DNA from: a virus
Length of the DNA stretch: 28,400 nucleotides
Direction: 5' to 3' (one strand)
Virus genome (UHGV): UHGV-0126577
Part shown: positions 1-8,622 of the stretch, piece by piece
How positions within the stretch are numbered: position 1 is the first letter of the stretch
Layout of the letters: every line of letters begins with the position of its first letter
Position numbers and translations under genes: made by a program
Notes under the pieces: model-generated
The model's database searches: none
What the model saw: the letters and a program-made list of their open reading frames with translations, nothing else
What the model was told of the DNA's origin: nothing

Positions 1-403
1 CCGGCAACGCCTTTTTAGCTTTGCGTGGGTTAACCACATGGCCTTTAGTCCAGTACTCGTAGAGCACATCGTCACACTCTTCCTGATACTGGATTACCTT
101 GTCGCGGATTTCAGGGCGGACTTTGTTAGGGCTGATGGTTTGCAACCAGCCAGCAAGTTTGCGAAGTGCCAAACAAATAATCTCACGGCGCTGTTCATCC
201 CCAGGAAGCTGCATTGTGATTTTCACAATGCAGGTTTTAAACCGCTGCTTCATTTTCGTAAACTGTGAAGCCCAATCCATACCCATGCCTTCAACGATAG
301 GTTTCATTGGGGTGTACGGTTCTCCGTTGTGATTGACAACATAAAGTTCTGCGCCGTGGAATGGCACGTTGATAGTAGATACCGCTGTTGCTATACTCGT
401 CAT
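1..403 (-). CDS. Phage antirepressor-like protein (Ant-like), N-terminal part; start at 403, 3' end beyond the window
   Basis: Minus-strand frame open from the ATG at 403-401 to position 1 (MTSIATAVSTINVPFHGAELYVVNHNGEPYTPMKPIVEGMGMDW...). Not in the ORF track because no stop falls in the window. Sits downstream of the Arc-like gene as ant does in P22 immI. Family assignment is from memory of Ant/Bro-N-type N-termini. Confidence 0.55.
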   Translation of the reverse strand, partial: MTSIATAVSTINVPFHGAELYVVNHNGEPYTPMKPIVEGMGMDWASQFTKMKQRFKTCIVKITMQLPGDEQRREIICLALRKLAGWLQTISPNKVRPEIRDKVIQYQEECDDVLYEYWTKGHVVNPRKAKKALP

Positions 404-475
404 GTCGTTAATTCCTATACGTAGTTTTACGATACTGAAGCCCTGACGGTCTGGCCACCGTTGGGCTTCGCTGTT

Positions 476-643
476 TTATGCCACGCTATTCTTCTCACCA
501 GTGAGTCCATACACTTTCCTCAGCTGATAGATAATCTCTGTATTGAACTTTCGGCATTCTTTTTCGCCATTTCTTTCAATAGCTAACTTCACATCGTCCG
601 GAAAACGAACCCGTCGTTGACACATCTCTTTTGCTTTTTGCAT
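476..643 (-). CDS. Arc-like ribbon-helix-helix repressor (55 aa)
   Basis: The ORF 476..679 is trimmed to the internal ATG at 643-641, which is preceded by AAGGAG with a 7-nt spacer. Product MQKAKEMCQRRVRFPDDVKLAIERNGEKECRKFNTEIIYQLRKVY... has an RHH-like beta-strand/helix pattern and lies between the mnt-like and ant-like genes. Confidence 0.6.
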   Translation of the reverse strand: MQKAKEMCQRRVRFPDDVKLAIERNGEKECRKFNTEIIYQLRKVYGLTGEKNSVA

Positions 644-763
644 TTCATATCTCCTTAGCCCCACCGTGGGGCAAAACAATTGTCACACCGTGCGTCATTG
701 ATGTCAAGCACACGGTGAGGCATACTTCAATCATTGCAAGTAACTCAATATTTGGTGAAGAAC
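644..763. promoter_or_regulatory. Divergent, overlapping promoter/operator region (Pant-like on minus, Pmnt-like on plus)
   Basis: Minus strand: perfect -35 TTGACA (complement of 702-707), 17-nt spacer, -10 GACAAT (complement of 679-684). Plus strand: -35 TTGATG 698-703, 17-nt spacer, -10 CATACT 721-726. Heptamer CACCGTG at 662-668 and 686-692 and its reverse complement CACGGTG at 711-717. GC-rich inverted repeat GCCCCA-CCG-TGGGGC at 658-672, just upstream of the Arc-like SD. Confidence 0.45.
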
Positions 764-1195
764 ATGAGCAGAGAAGATCCACAACTAAGGATCAGACTTC
801 CCGTTGAAGTAAAAGAAAAAATAGAAATTTCTGCAAAAGCCAATAAGCGATCAATGAACGCTGAAATAGTACAACGTCTTGACACCAGCTTTCTGAAAGA
901 TATTCATGAAGATGACGTAATTTCTGCTTATGAAGCAAAAATTATTGCAAACAATGCACGGCATGAAATATCAAATATTATTTTCAAAAGAACTTTTAAT
1001 GAAATCAATAAAAAAATAACACTTGGACATACAAGTTTTTATATAAACCTTAATGACCTTGAACTGGAATCACTTGCAGATAATGATTACCAGATCATCT
1101 TTGAAAAAACATTTAATAAGCTCAATGAACTAGGTTACATCATCTGTGAAAACTCATGGGATGCAGATGGTTTTGGAATTGAAATACCTGAATAG
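764..1195 (+). CDS. Mnt-like ribbon-helix-helix repressor with an extended AT-rich C-terminal domain (143 aa)
   Basis: The ORF 734..1195 is trimmed to the ATG at 764. N-terminus MSREDPQLRIRLPVEVKEKIEISAKANKRSMNAEIVQRLDTSF matches the Arc/Mnt RHH pattern (P22 Mnt has RMPMEVREKL...GRSMNSELLQIV). The C-terminal ~95 aa are encoded by markedly AT-rich DNA. Confidence 0.6.
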   Translation: MSREDPQLRIRLPVEVKEKIEISAKANKRSMNAEIVQRLDTSFLKDIHEDDVISAYEAKIIANNARHEISNIIFKRTFNEINKKITLGHTSFYINLNDLELESLADNDYQIIFEKTFNKLNELGYIICENSWDADGFGIEIPE

Positions 1196-1285
1196 GAAGA
1201 ACAAAAGGCGTGTACATATTACACGTCTTTAATACAATTGAAAAACGCCACATTACTGATGTATGTTACAACAAGGAGCGATATT

Positions 1286-1849
1286 TTGAAAACCATATCT
1301 ATATTAAAGGTTGCATTAGGCGTCGCTATTATTTTGACTCTCTCAATATTGTTTTATTTTTACCACAAAAAAACTGCTATTGCTCTTGATGGTCACGCGG
1401 CAAACTCATTTTTCTCAGAGTACATAGTGCCGCTATCAGGAAGCGGTATAACAAATAAATATACTGACTATGACATCAAATATGGAATTGATGATGGGGA
1501 GACTATTGCATTACATGTAATCATTAAAAACCTAATGACAGTAAATAAAAATACAGACTTCAACGATAAAAATACAATACATCACAACAACAGCAAAACA
1601 TTAATTTCTTATAGTAGCAACATCTATACGGATAAATACCTAAAATACATCTCAGAAGATACAATAAAAGCAACCAGCGAAAAGTTAAAAAACATATATT
1701 GTGCATCCGGCAGTTTTCACAAATTATCGCCGCAAGAGCGTTTATTCTACGAAGCAAGAAAACAACGTAAGTCAATAATATTACATTATTATGCTGATTC
1801 AGGGGAGTCACTCATATTTAATATTGGGGTTTCCCCTGAATCATGCTAA
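1286..1849 (+). CDS. Membrane-anchored orphan protein (cargo/moron; candidate superinfection-exclusion-type function)
   Basis: Track ORF is 1238..1849. The in-frame TTG at 1286 is preceded by AAGGAG (1273-1278, 7-nt spacer) and gives an N-terminus KTISILKVALGVAIILTLSILFYFY typical of a signal-anchor. The ATG at 1238 lies within a candidate -35 (TTGAAA 1238-1243), so the start is uncertain. Very AT-rich compared with neighbours. Occupies the position of sieA in P22. Confidence 0.5.
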   Translation: MKTISILKVALGVAIILTLSILFYFYHKKTAIALDGHAANSFFSEYIVPLSGSGITNKYTDYDIKYGIDDGETIALHVIIKNLMTVNKNTDFNDKNTIHHNNSKTLISYSSNIYTDKYLKYISEDTIKATSEKLKNIYCASGSFHKLSPQERLFYEARKQRKSIILHYYADSGESLIFNIGVSPESC

Positions 1850-1860
1850 AGGCGTTTAAC

Positions 1861-4800
1861 TCACCGCATCACCGGATCCACCTGGTTTATTAGTGGCGCA
1901 ATCCAGAACAGGTTATTGCCTGGTATCAGGGTTCGGACATTATGCACAATACGATCACCGGCATCACCATTCAACACTCCTGCGGTCACATCAATGATGC
2001 TATCCGCAAGACCAAATGACGGTCCGAATAGAGATCCTACGAATCCACGACTGGCATACCTAGACTGTGTGCCAGTGCCAAATAAAGCCCCCAGCCCAAC
2101 AGCACCACCAGTAGCCTTTTCAGCCATGTTGTTATATTCCATCAATGGCCCAAGAATACCGGATCTATCTATACCCTCAAGCACCAGCTTCTCTGGTGAC
2201 CAGTCAACATTTTTCCCTTTCGATGCTTCTTTTAGCGCATAGACCAGTGAGCCAAGAGCAATCTGAAATGCAGTGCCATAATAAAATTGCGCAGTTCCTT
2301 CCTGTAACCCACCAAGTAGCGCACGGTTGTATGAAGCCGTTGTGAATGATTTAAACTGAAATATCGTTCGCCCCATTGGAGTACTCGCCCATAAAGGTGT
2401 GTCACCAATACCGGGGGTGATGATAGTGTTATTAACGTCTTTCAGAACCGCTGACTGGAATACTCCGGCAACGTACTGATCGTCCCATTTATCAAAGTTA
2501 CCAATGTGCCATCCCTCAATTACCTCACCATGTTTCTCGAACTCACTGCGAATACGCGCAGCCATATTGTCGTTGATACCGAGTTTTGCCATGCGACGTG
2601 CAGAAAACGCACCAGACAAAATACCGTCTGACGTGAGCATTCCGTTCATGGATTTGTTTATGTCATTAAATCGATCCATGAGTGTCAGCTTGCCGAAGGC
2701 ATCAGTAATTCGCTCCATTCCTGCTTCGACTGCTGTTGTCCTGGAAGAACTGTCAACAAGATCACCAATTGCACGAGAACGTGAATGCAGTACAGCTTCC
2801 AATCCAATCCCCATCTTCAACATCTCTTCTTTGCTGGCCTTAAATGCCGGTGATTGGGATATCTGAGAAGCATAGCCTTTCATGGTGTTACGGAAACCAT
2901 TAACCATAACCCCTCTGGCCAGATCTGGAATAGCTGATACTGTCATTCCACCGAGTTTGGTCGTGAAGTTCACATCCCGCAGAAAAGCGCCAGCACGAAC
3001 AAAAAACGAAGACGGATCATCAGGCATACCATATGTACCAACAAGACGATCGCGTAATGCTGTTATGTCTCTGAGATCATTTGCTCTTGATTTTGAAAGT
3101 CTGGACTGTTCTTTCCGTAATTCCTTTTCGTACTTTCGCATTAATGAATCGAGTTTACCCTGAGGAACAACTTCACCATTGCTCTCATAACGTGCTTTCA
3201 GATTTGCCACACTTTCGTCATATTTCGCCTTTATTTTTTCAGGCACTTCCCGTAACAGACTGTCATATTCGTCCTCAATTAATTGCAGACGCTCAGTCAT
3301 AGTTCGTTTACCAAATGTTCTCGTCAACTCAATTTCTGCTGCCGCTTCACGGATATGACGTTGCAGCACGTAATTCACATCACTTTCAAGATAATCCCTG
3401 ATAAGACTATCAGGAACATTTAATGTTCTTTCTTTCGTACTACCTGCGGCTTTTACAGAAAATACGCTGACAAAATCCTGTGGAACCTTAGCACCAGTAA
3501 TTTTATTAATTACGATATCCGCTGCAATTTCAGCATCCTCAGGATCCAGTGTTTTATTTCCTCTCGACCACCAGTCAACCAAAATACGTCGAAATTTATC
3601 GCGTTCACTGATTATTTTTCCAACTTTATATATACGTGGAAAATAGCTTGCCTGGCCTAATGCTTTCAGTTCTTCATCTGGCGGTAATAAACCAAGCTTT
3701 TGCATTTCAACCTTCACCCGATTTAATACAGTTCGCATCGCCTGCGCCGTTTCCTGAACAACAGGATTAGCATGCACATCACCGCTTCGCATAGCATTCC
3801 CAACCTGCTGACGAAATGAATCAAAACTCATGTCGCCACCATCAGCTTTATACTTTGCGTATGCCTGTTTATTTCCGACAACAACAGCAGCTTCTTCACG
3901 CTGCCATCCACGTGTACGGGTTTCTACAGCTACCGGTGTTTCAATCCCCCTTTCATTTCCTTTAAGGGTGAAATTATTTTCGGCTAACTCCAGCGTTGTT
4001 TTTCGCACTGTCTTGGACGGAGACTCCATTAACCTTGTCAAAGGAGTAAGATAGCTCCCTGCTTTCCATGCAGCCTTTCCAACCCACCCACCGGAAACAG
4101 GGGTTAAATCATCCAGAGTCGCTGTATCAATTTTCATAGCACCAACACTACCACCATCAGAAAGCGAAGCGGCAGCCCTGTCAGTCGCTGATGTAATGCT
4201 CATATTATCAAGAGCATCAGCAACCTCACGTGTGGCTGCAGCCCGGACGGATGGCGAAAGCGCAACACCAGCACTGGCAAACACGCCGCTCATCATCGCA
4301 CCCGCTGCAACGTGAGCGGCACTTTCACCCCATGAGCGTGTTATTTGCTGATTATTCAGCACAACCTCGCTTAATGCTGTACCGGCAGCACCAATCGCAA
4401 TCTGTGAGCCAATACGCGCCAGTGCCCCTCCTTGAGCACCGGGGATAAACATTGACGCAACAGTAACCGGATCCATTCCCGCAGCAATACTGGCAAGAGT
4501 TCCAACTACGCCAGCATCAGACAATAAACGTCTGTCTTCATTTTCATCATCTATCTGCTGCTTAATCCACGCCGTTTCCTCTGGCGATCGGGAATCTGCA
4601 AATTTCGCCCCCCAGTATTCATAACCGTGCAACTCATTTTTATCAGCATATGGGTTATAACCTTCGACCAGTTCAAACTGTCTGGCTGGTCGGAAAAAAC
4701 CAGCCAGAATATTGTTCTGTCGCATTGCAGCCCCCCATACGGAAGGCTCCGGTGGCAATGGCTCAGGATTAGCCCCTTCCGGAAGGGCAACATCAAACCC

Positions 4801-4875
4801 AGTTTGTTCCGGCAAAACATTACCTGACGGGATCAGTCCGTTATTAAGATCTTCAGCTTGTGCATAAACTGGCAT
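1861..4875 (-). CDS. Large internal virion/ejection protein (T7 gp16-like position), 1004 aa
   Basis: Long ORF ending the structural operon. Its start overlaps the upstream stop (TAATG). Gly/Ala-rich regions. Call is by position after the gp14/gp15-like genes. Confidence 0.6.
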   Translation of the reverse strand: MPVYAQAEDLNNGLIPSGNVLPEQTGFDVALPEGANPEPLPPEPSVWGAAMRQNNILAGFFRPARQFELVEGYNPYADKNELHGYEYWGAKFADSRSPEETAWIKQQIDDENEDRRLLSDAGVVGTLASIAAGMDPVTVASMFIPGAQGGALARIGSQIAIGAAGTALSEVVLNNQQITRSWGESAAHVAAGAMMSGVFASAGVALSPSVRAAATREVADALDNMSITSATDRAAASLSDGGSVGAMKIDTATLDDLTPVSGGWVGKAAWKAGSYLTPLTRLMESPSKTVRKTTLELAENNFTLKGNERGIETPVAVETRTRGWQREEAAVVVGNKQAYAKYKADGGDMSFDSFRQQVGNAMRSGDVHANPVVQETAQAMRTVLNRVKVEMQKLGLLPPDEELKALGQASYFPRIYKVGKIISERDKFRRILVDWWSRGNKTLDPEDAEIAADIVINKITGAKVPQDFVSVFSVKAAGSTKERTLNVPDSLIRDYLESDVNYVLQRHIREAAAEIELTRTFGKRTMTERLQLIEDEYDSLLREVPEKIKAKYDESVANLKARYESNGEVVPQGKLDSLMRKYEKELRKEQSRLSKSRANDLRDITALRDRLVGTYGMPDDPSSFFVRAGAFLRDVNFTTKLGGMTVSAIPDLARGVMVNGFRNTMKGYASQISQSPAFKASKEEMLKMGIGLEAVLHSRSRAIGDLVDSSSRTTAVEAGMERITDAFGKLTLMDRFNDINKSMNGMLTSDGILSGAFSARRMAKLGINDNMAARIRSEFEKHGEVIEGWHIGNFDKWDDQYVAGVFQSAVLKDVNNTIITPGIGDTPLWASTPMGRTIFQFKSFTTASYNRALLGGLQEGTAQFYYGTAFQIALGSLVYALKEASKGKNVDWSPEKLVLEGIDRSGILGPLMEYNNMAEKATGGAVGLGALFGTGTQSRYASRGFVGSLFGPSFGLADSIIDVTAGVLNGDAGDRIVHNVRTLIPGNNLFWIAPLINQVDPVMR

Positions 4876-7592
4876 TATTTAGATCCCCACGAAAAGTAAT
4901 CTTTAAATTTGTCCATACGTTCGTTATGCAGGCGCTGATACTGCTCATCCAGAGCGCGATGCTTGTCTTTGAAGTTTCGTATAGCCTGTCCACGCATAAT
5001 TTCTTCCTGCTCGTACTGCTCCCGTTCCTGCTGCATTTTCTTATAAGGTTCCCAATCTTCTAGTGATGGTTCCCAACGCATAGGACGCCCATGTTTGTTA
5101 TAAAACGGCTGGACCCGATCGATGCCATTTTCATCCTTAGTTCTTACCATAATGGCGTAATCACCATTACGAGGTGTTAACACGTCAGGGGTTATGAATA
5201 ATTCTCCATTAATACGACTCTCAGGGGTTTTTGTCTCAACTACAGGAGCATTACCTGACGTGATCCCAAGCAACGTCGGACTGGTTGTTATAATCTCTTT
5301 GCGCTCACCGTACATCAGCCGTTCTTTTTCAGCTTTCCACTGCGCCGCCTGCCAGCCTGACGGCCCATATTGATAAAGCGCCTCCGGTGCATATTTCATA
5401 AACTGCGCTTCTCCGTTAACCTCGCTGATACTCCAGGTGCGGGCTATCTGCTGGTTGGTCATTTGCTTCGCTACGTCAGCGTTACCACCAGCAACGCGGT
5501 AGTTAATGTCATACAGCGTCTGATAGTCATTACGGAATCTAGCTGCTTCCGGCGTCTGGTCATCCGCAGACGGATCCCAACGGAACCACTGCGCCATATT
5601 GCTGACAGCAGAATTCATCGCCTTGCTGCGATCATTTTTGTACTCTTTTGAACTCTGCGTTGATGCCAATTGAGCTTTAAGAGCATCGGTCTGGTTGTAC
5701 GTAAGGTTCTGCGCCTGCTCGATAGCCGCATCAGCAGACATGCCAGAATCAGTTAGTTGCTTAACAGTCAGATAAAAACCCTGCATATCCTTCGGCATAT
5801 TTCCAATAGATGCATTGTCTGTTTCATATAACCGACTAAACAGTTCAGCCGCATTTTTAACCACTTCCTGATTGCTGGATCGGGATACTGCTGAAAGCTG
5901 CGTGATGACCTGCGAAGGCATTATGCCAGTCTGAGCCACAAGCCGAACAACCCCATCATGAGTGGAGGCATCATTAATACGAAAGTTCTGCGCCATTTCT
6001 GTGTAATCAGCAGCTTTCTGCATTGACTTGTTGCTTGGGTCTAATTTTTCACCTATTGTCAGCGCCTCATTAAATCTGCGTGAATCCCGTTGCGCCTGAA
6101 TTGCTTCATTTGATCTCTGAAGCAATGCAGACAATTTTCCGTAAGCATCGAGTTTTAACGCATAGTGAGGATCGTTAACCTCAGGCTTCACTTTCTGCAT
6201 TTCTTCTTGCTGCTGAGAAGGAGGCAAATACTGAATTGCCTGGAATATTCTCGCGTTATCAATCGCTATATCCAGTTGGTTGATTATTTTATCTGCGTTT
6301 TTTCCATACCCCCTGATGATGGTCTCCTGAGCCGGTATATAATCTGGAACCTCACCGTTATATAGCTGGGCCATGGTGTTATTAATAGCTGGCTCAAGCT
6401 GTTCTAATATTAACTTCCTTTGCTTTTCTATCTGACTATTAGCAAGGTTATCTATTTGATAAATAGTCAGCGGATCCATTCCAGTTTTATTTTTTCTATA
6501 TCGGGAAAGCCACCCTTGTGTTTCTGATGGAAGATTTCTGATAAATTCTTCTTCTGATATTTCACCTTTACGTGGATCACCGACTTTGGCGATCAGTTTA
6601 TCCACGTTACCCATCCCCCAGTTATATGCTGCTCCGGCCAATATTTCGGAGCCGTACTTACCATACAGTTGATTTACATAGTCACTGGCGAGCATTTCAT
6701 GCTGTTGTTCGTCCGTAGGGTTGTATTCAACGCCACGCTTGGCCGCCAGTTCTTTCCCTGTGCCCGGCATTAACTGGTATTTCCCCTGGGCTCTCTCTCC
6801 AGAAGATGTTATCGGTCCTTCAAGAAGACTACCATCAGGATTAAAATGTCGATCACCTGATTCAACAAGGCGTATGGCACGCATGTCCATGCCTCCAGAA
6901 TCATTTTTCTGAAACAGACCATTTAGCCATCCTTCTGGATTGGCAGCGGCATAATTCTTCGCCCGCGTTTCTGTGGCACTGCGATCATCACTTTCTATTT
7001 CTTCCAGAATGCGTTCTTGTGACCATCCCCTGGCAGCTCCATATCTGGCAATGGCTACCATTCTGGAATTTCTGGCTAAAGTGGCAGTTTGCGGGTCATT
7101 CCAGGCATCCGCTTCATTTTGTATCCATAATTTTCTCGTTGCCTGATATTGCTCATCTTCATAGGCATTTGTCTGCCCTATCTCATGTCTGAGAACTCCA
7201 GTACTGAACTGAATTTTCTGTGTTCTGGCTTGTTGCAAAAACATATTTCTTGCTGCTTCATCAGTCAATGAAGCAGCTATTTCTTCCACATCCTGATCAA
7301 ATCCAGATATGTACTCTTGCCCCTTACCAATCGCATTTTTGCCTTGTTGTGCATAAAAACCGGTTTGAGGGTTATAAAGACGTTCATTGCTGCGCTGATT
7401 AAGCTGAAGGATGGCATCCTGAGACAATGCAACATTCGCTTTCTGCCTGGCTTCACCATATGCCACCGCATACTGATCTGCGACATTCGCCAGCACCTGA
7501 CCTGCTTGAGGAACATCGAAGGTTTGAAAACCACCGGTTTGCACACCACGACTTTGCACCTGGCGTCCGGATGTAGTAGGAACAACAGGCAT
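4875..7592 (-). CDS. Internal virion protein with lytic transglycosylase (SLT) domain, 905 aa
   Basis: SLT-like motif block in the translation: ...LVESGDRHFNPDGS...GKYQLMPGTGKEL...AYNWGMGNV. Strong SD AGGAGG 7 nt upstream of the ATG at 7592. Confidence 0.7.
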   Translation of the reverse strand: MPVVPTTSGRQVQSRGVQTGGFQTFDVPQAGQVLANVADQYAVAYGEARQKANVALSQDAILQLNQRSNERLYNPQTGFYAQQGKNAIGKGQEYISGFDQDVEEIAASLTDEAARNMFLQQARTQKIQFSTGVLRHEIGQTNAYEDEQYQATRKLWIQNEADAWNDPQTATLARNSRMVAIARYGAARGWSQERILEEIESDDRSATETRAKNYAAANPEGWLNGLFQKNDSGGMDMRAIRLVESGDRHFNPDGSLLEGPITSSGERAQGKYQLMPGTGKELAAKRGVEYNPTDEQQHEMLASDYVNQLYGKYGSEILAGAAYNWGMGNVDKLIAKVGDPRKGEISEEEFIRNLPSETQGWLSRYRKNKTGMDPLTIYQIDNLANSQIEKQRKLILEQLEPAINNTMAQLYNGEVPDYIPAQETIIRGYGKNADKIINQLDIAIDNARIFQAIQYLPPSQQQEEMQKVKPEVNDPHYALKLDAYGKLSALLQRSNEAIQAQRDSRRFNEALTIGEKLDPSNKSMQKAADYTEMAQNFRINDASTHDGVVRLVAQTGIMPSQVITQLSAVSRSSNQEVVKNAAELFSRLYETDNASIGNMPKDMQGFYLTVKQLTDSGMSADAAIEQAQNLTYNQTDALKAQLASTQSSKEYKNDRSKAMNSAVSNMAQWFRWDPSADDQTPEAARFRNDYQTLYDINYRVAGGNADVAKQMTNQQIARTWSISEVNGEAQFMKYAPEALYQYGPSGWQAAQWKAEKERLMYGERKEIITTSPTLLGITSGNAPVVETKTPESRINGELFITPDVLTPRNGDYAIMVRTKDENGIDRVQPFYNKHGRPMRWEPSLEDWEPYKKMQQEREQYEQEEIMRGQAIRNFKDKHRALDEQYQRLHNERMDKFKDYFSWGSK

Positions 7593-8158
7593 CAGTAACC
7601 TCCTATTTTGAATCGGGAGTCAGAATTCATAAAACCTGAGTTAGATAACATTGGCGTGTTTCCTTGCTTACTAATCGGATTGATACTTCCGCCACCCAAC
7701 TTATATGCACCGTATGCTTTTAGTGGTGCCGTTAACAAAGTGCTGGTCATCGATGATTTAGCAGCCGACTGAGCAGCAGCCCCCTGTGCCTGAGCATTCA
7801 TTCCCTGAACCTGATACCCATATGCCTCACGCTGAGCATTATTCACTGTCGTTAACGCATCAAGAGTGCCGAACTGAGCATTATCCGCAAAAACGTCAAG
7901 AGCTGTTCCGCTACTTAATTCCGCACCGGTAGCCCCCATAGTGGCCGCCGCAGTGCCTGAGCGTTGACGCATTTCACGACGACGCTGATCCGCTTCAATA
8001 TTCCCACGATTGATTGAATCCTGTGCCTGAGCTTCAGCAATTTCAGCATTCCGATCAGCTATGGCTGACTGGTATTTTGCCTGCTTGCTCTGGCTGTACA
8101 TTGACGCGGCTGTGGATGCCACTGTGACGGCAACCAAAGCGATGGCTGGGTTACACAT
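7592..8158 (-). CDS. Internal virion protein (T7 gp14-like), 188 aa
   Basis: Begins MC..., Ala/Gln-rich and low complexity, like T7 gp14. Start and stop overlap the neighbouring genes. Confidence 0.5.
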   Translation of the reverse strand: MCNPAIALVAVTVASTAASMYSQSKQAKYQSAIADRNAEIAEAQAQDSINRGNIEADQRRREMRQRSGTAAATMGATGAELSSGTALDVFADNAQFGTLDALTTVNNAQREAYGYQVQGMNAQAQGAAAQSAAKSSMTSTLLTAPLKAYGAYKLGGGSINPISKQGNTPMLSNSGFMNSDSRFKIGGY

Positions 8159-8622
8159 TATTTTCTCTCCATGTGAAATCTGTGGAAATTAAGACCAAGA
8201 GCACCATAAGGCGCGGCTTCTTCAAGCCTGAATCCAAGCCAGTGCAGCCATGCTTTGGCAACATGGTTTCGCTCGTCGACGTAGTTTTCCAGGCGCGGAT
8301 AAACTGCCAGCATCTGCTGCAATACAGGGCGGCAGTGGCGAAGAAATGTCTTCTGATATTTTTCAATACGGCTGGTTCCTACCAGCCAGGGCGTACCATT
8401 GCCACCGATCATTGACGCCGGAGATACGCCAAACATGGTTACCAGTTCTCCGTTCGCAAATCCTGACCAGGCCATAGTCGCAGTGCGAAGACCAACACGC
8501 AGCGCATCTTCGGTAGTCATCAGTGATACCGCATACAGTTCGTCAATATCAGCCTGACGAACATCCGGCAAAATCATCTGAAGATGCTCTTCGGTTGCGG
8601 GAATAATTTGAACATCGATCAT
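8158..8622 (-). CDS. Virion-associated protein (gp13-like position), 154 aa
   Basis: Translationally coupled ORF between the gp12-like and gp14-like genes. Function not recognisable from sequence. Confidence 0.45.
   Translation of the reverse strand: MIDVQIIPATEEHLQMILPDVRQADIDELYAVSLMTTEDALRVGLRTATMAWSGFANGELVTMFGVSPASMIGGNGTPWLVGTSRIEKYQKTFLRHCRPVLQQMLAVYPRLENYVDERNHVAKAWLHWLGFRLEEAAPYGALGLNFHRFHMERK

Noticed and set aside
38-332. Plus-strand ORFs 38..268 and 99..332
   Set aside because: They are antisense to the open minus-strand Ant-like frame, which has an ATG at 403 and a coherent protein sequence. There is no SD and the composition is odd.
1238-1285. ATG at 1238 as the start of the membrane protein gene
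   Set aside because: It has no SD and lies within the candidate -35 element. The in-frame TTG at 1286 has AAGGAG at ideal spacing. Kept only as an alternative.
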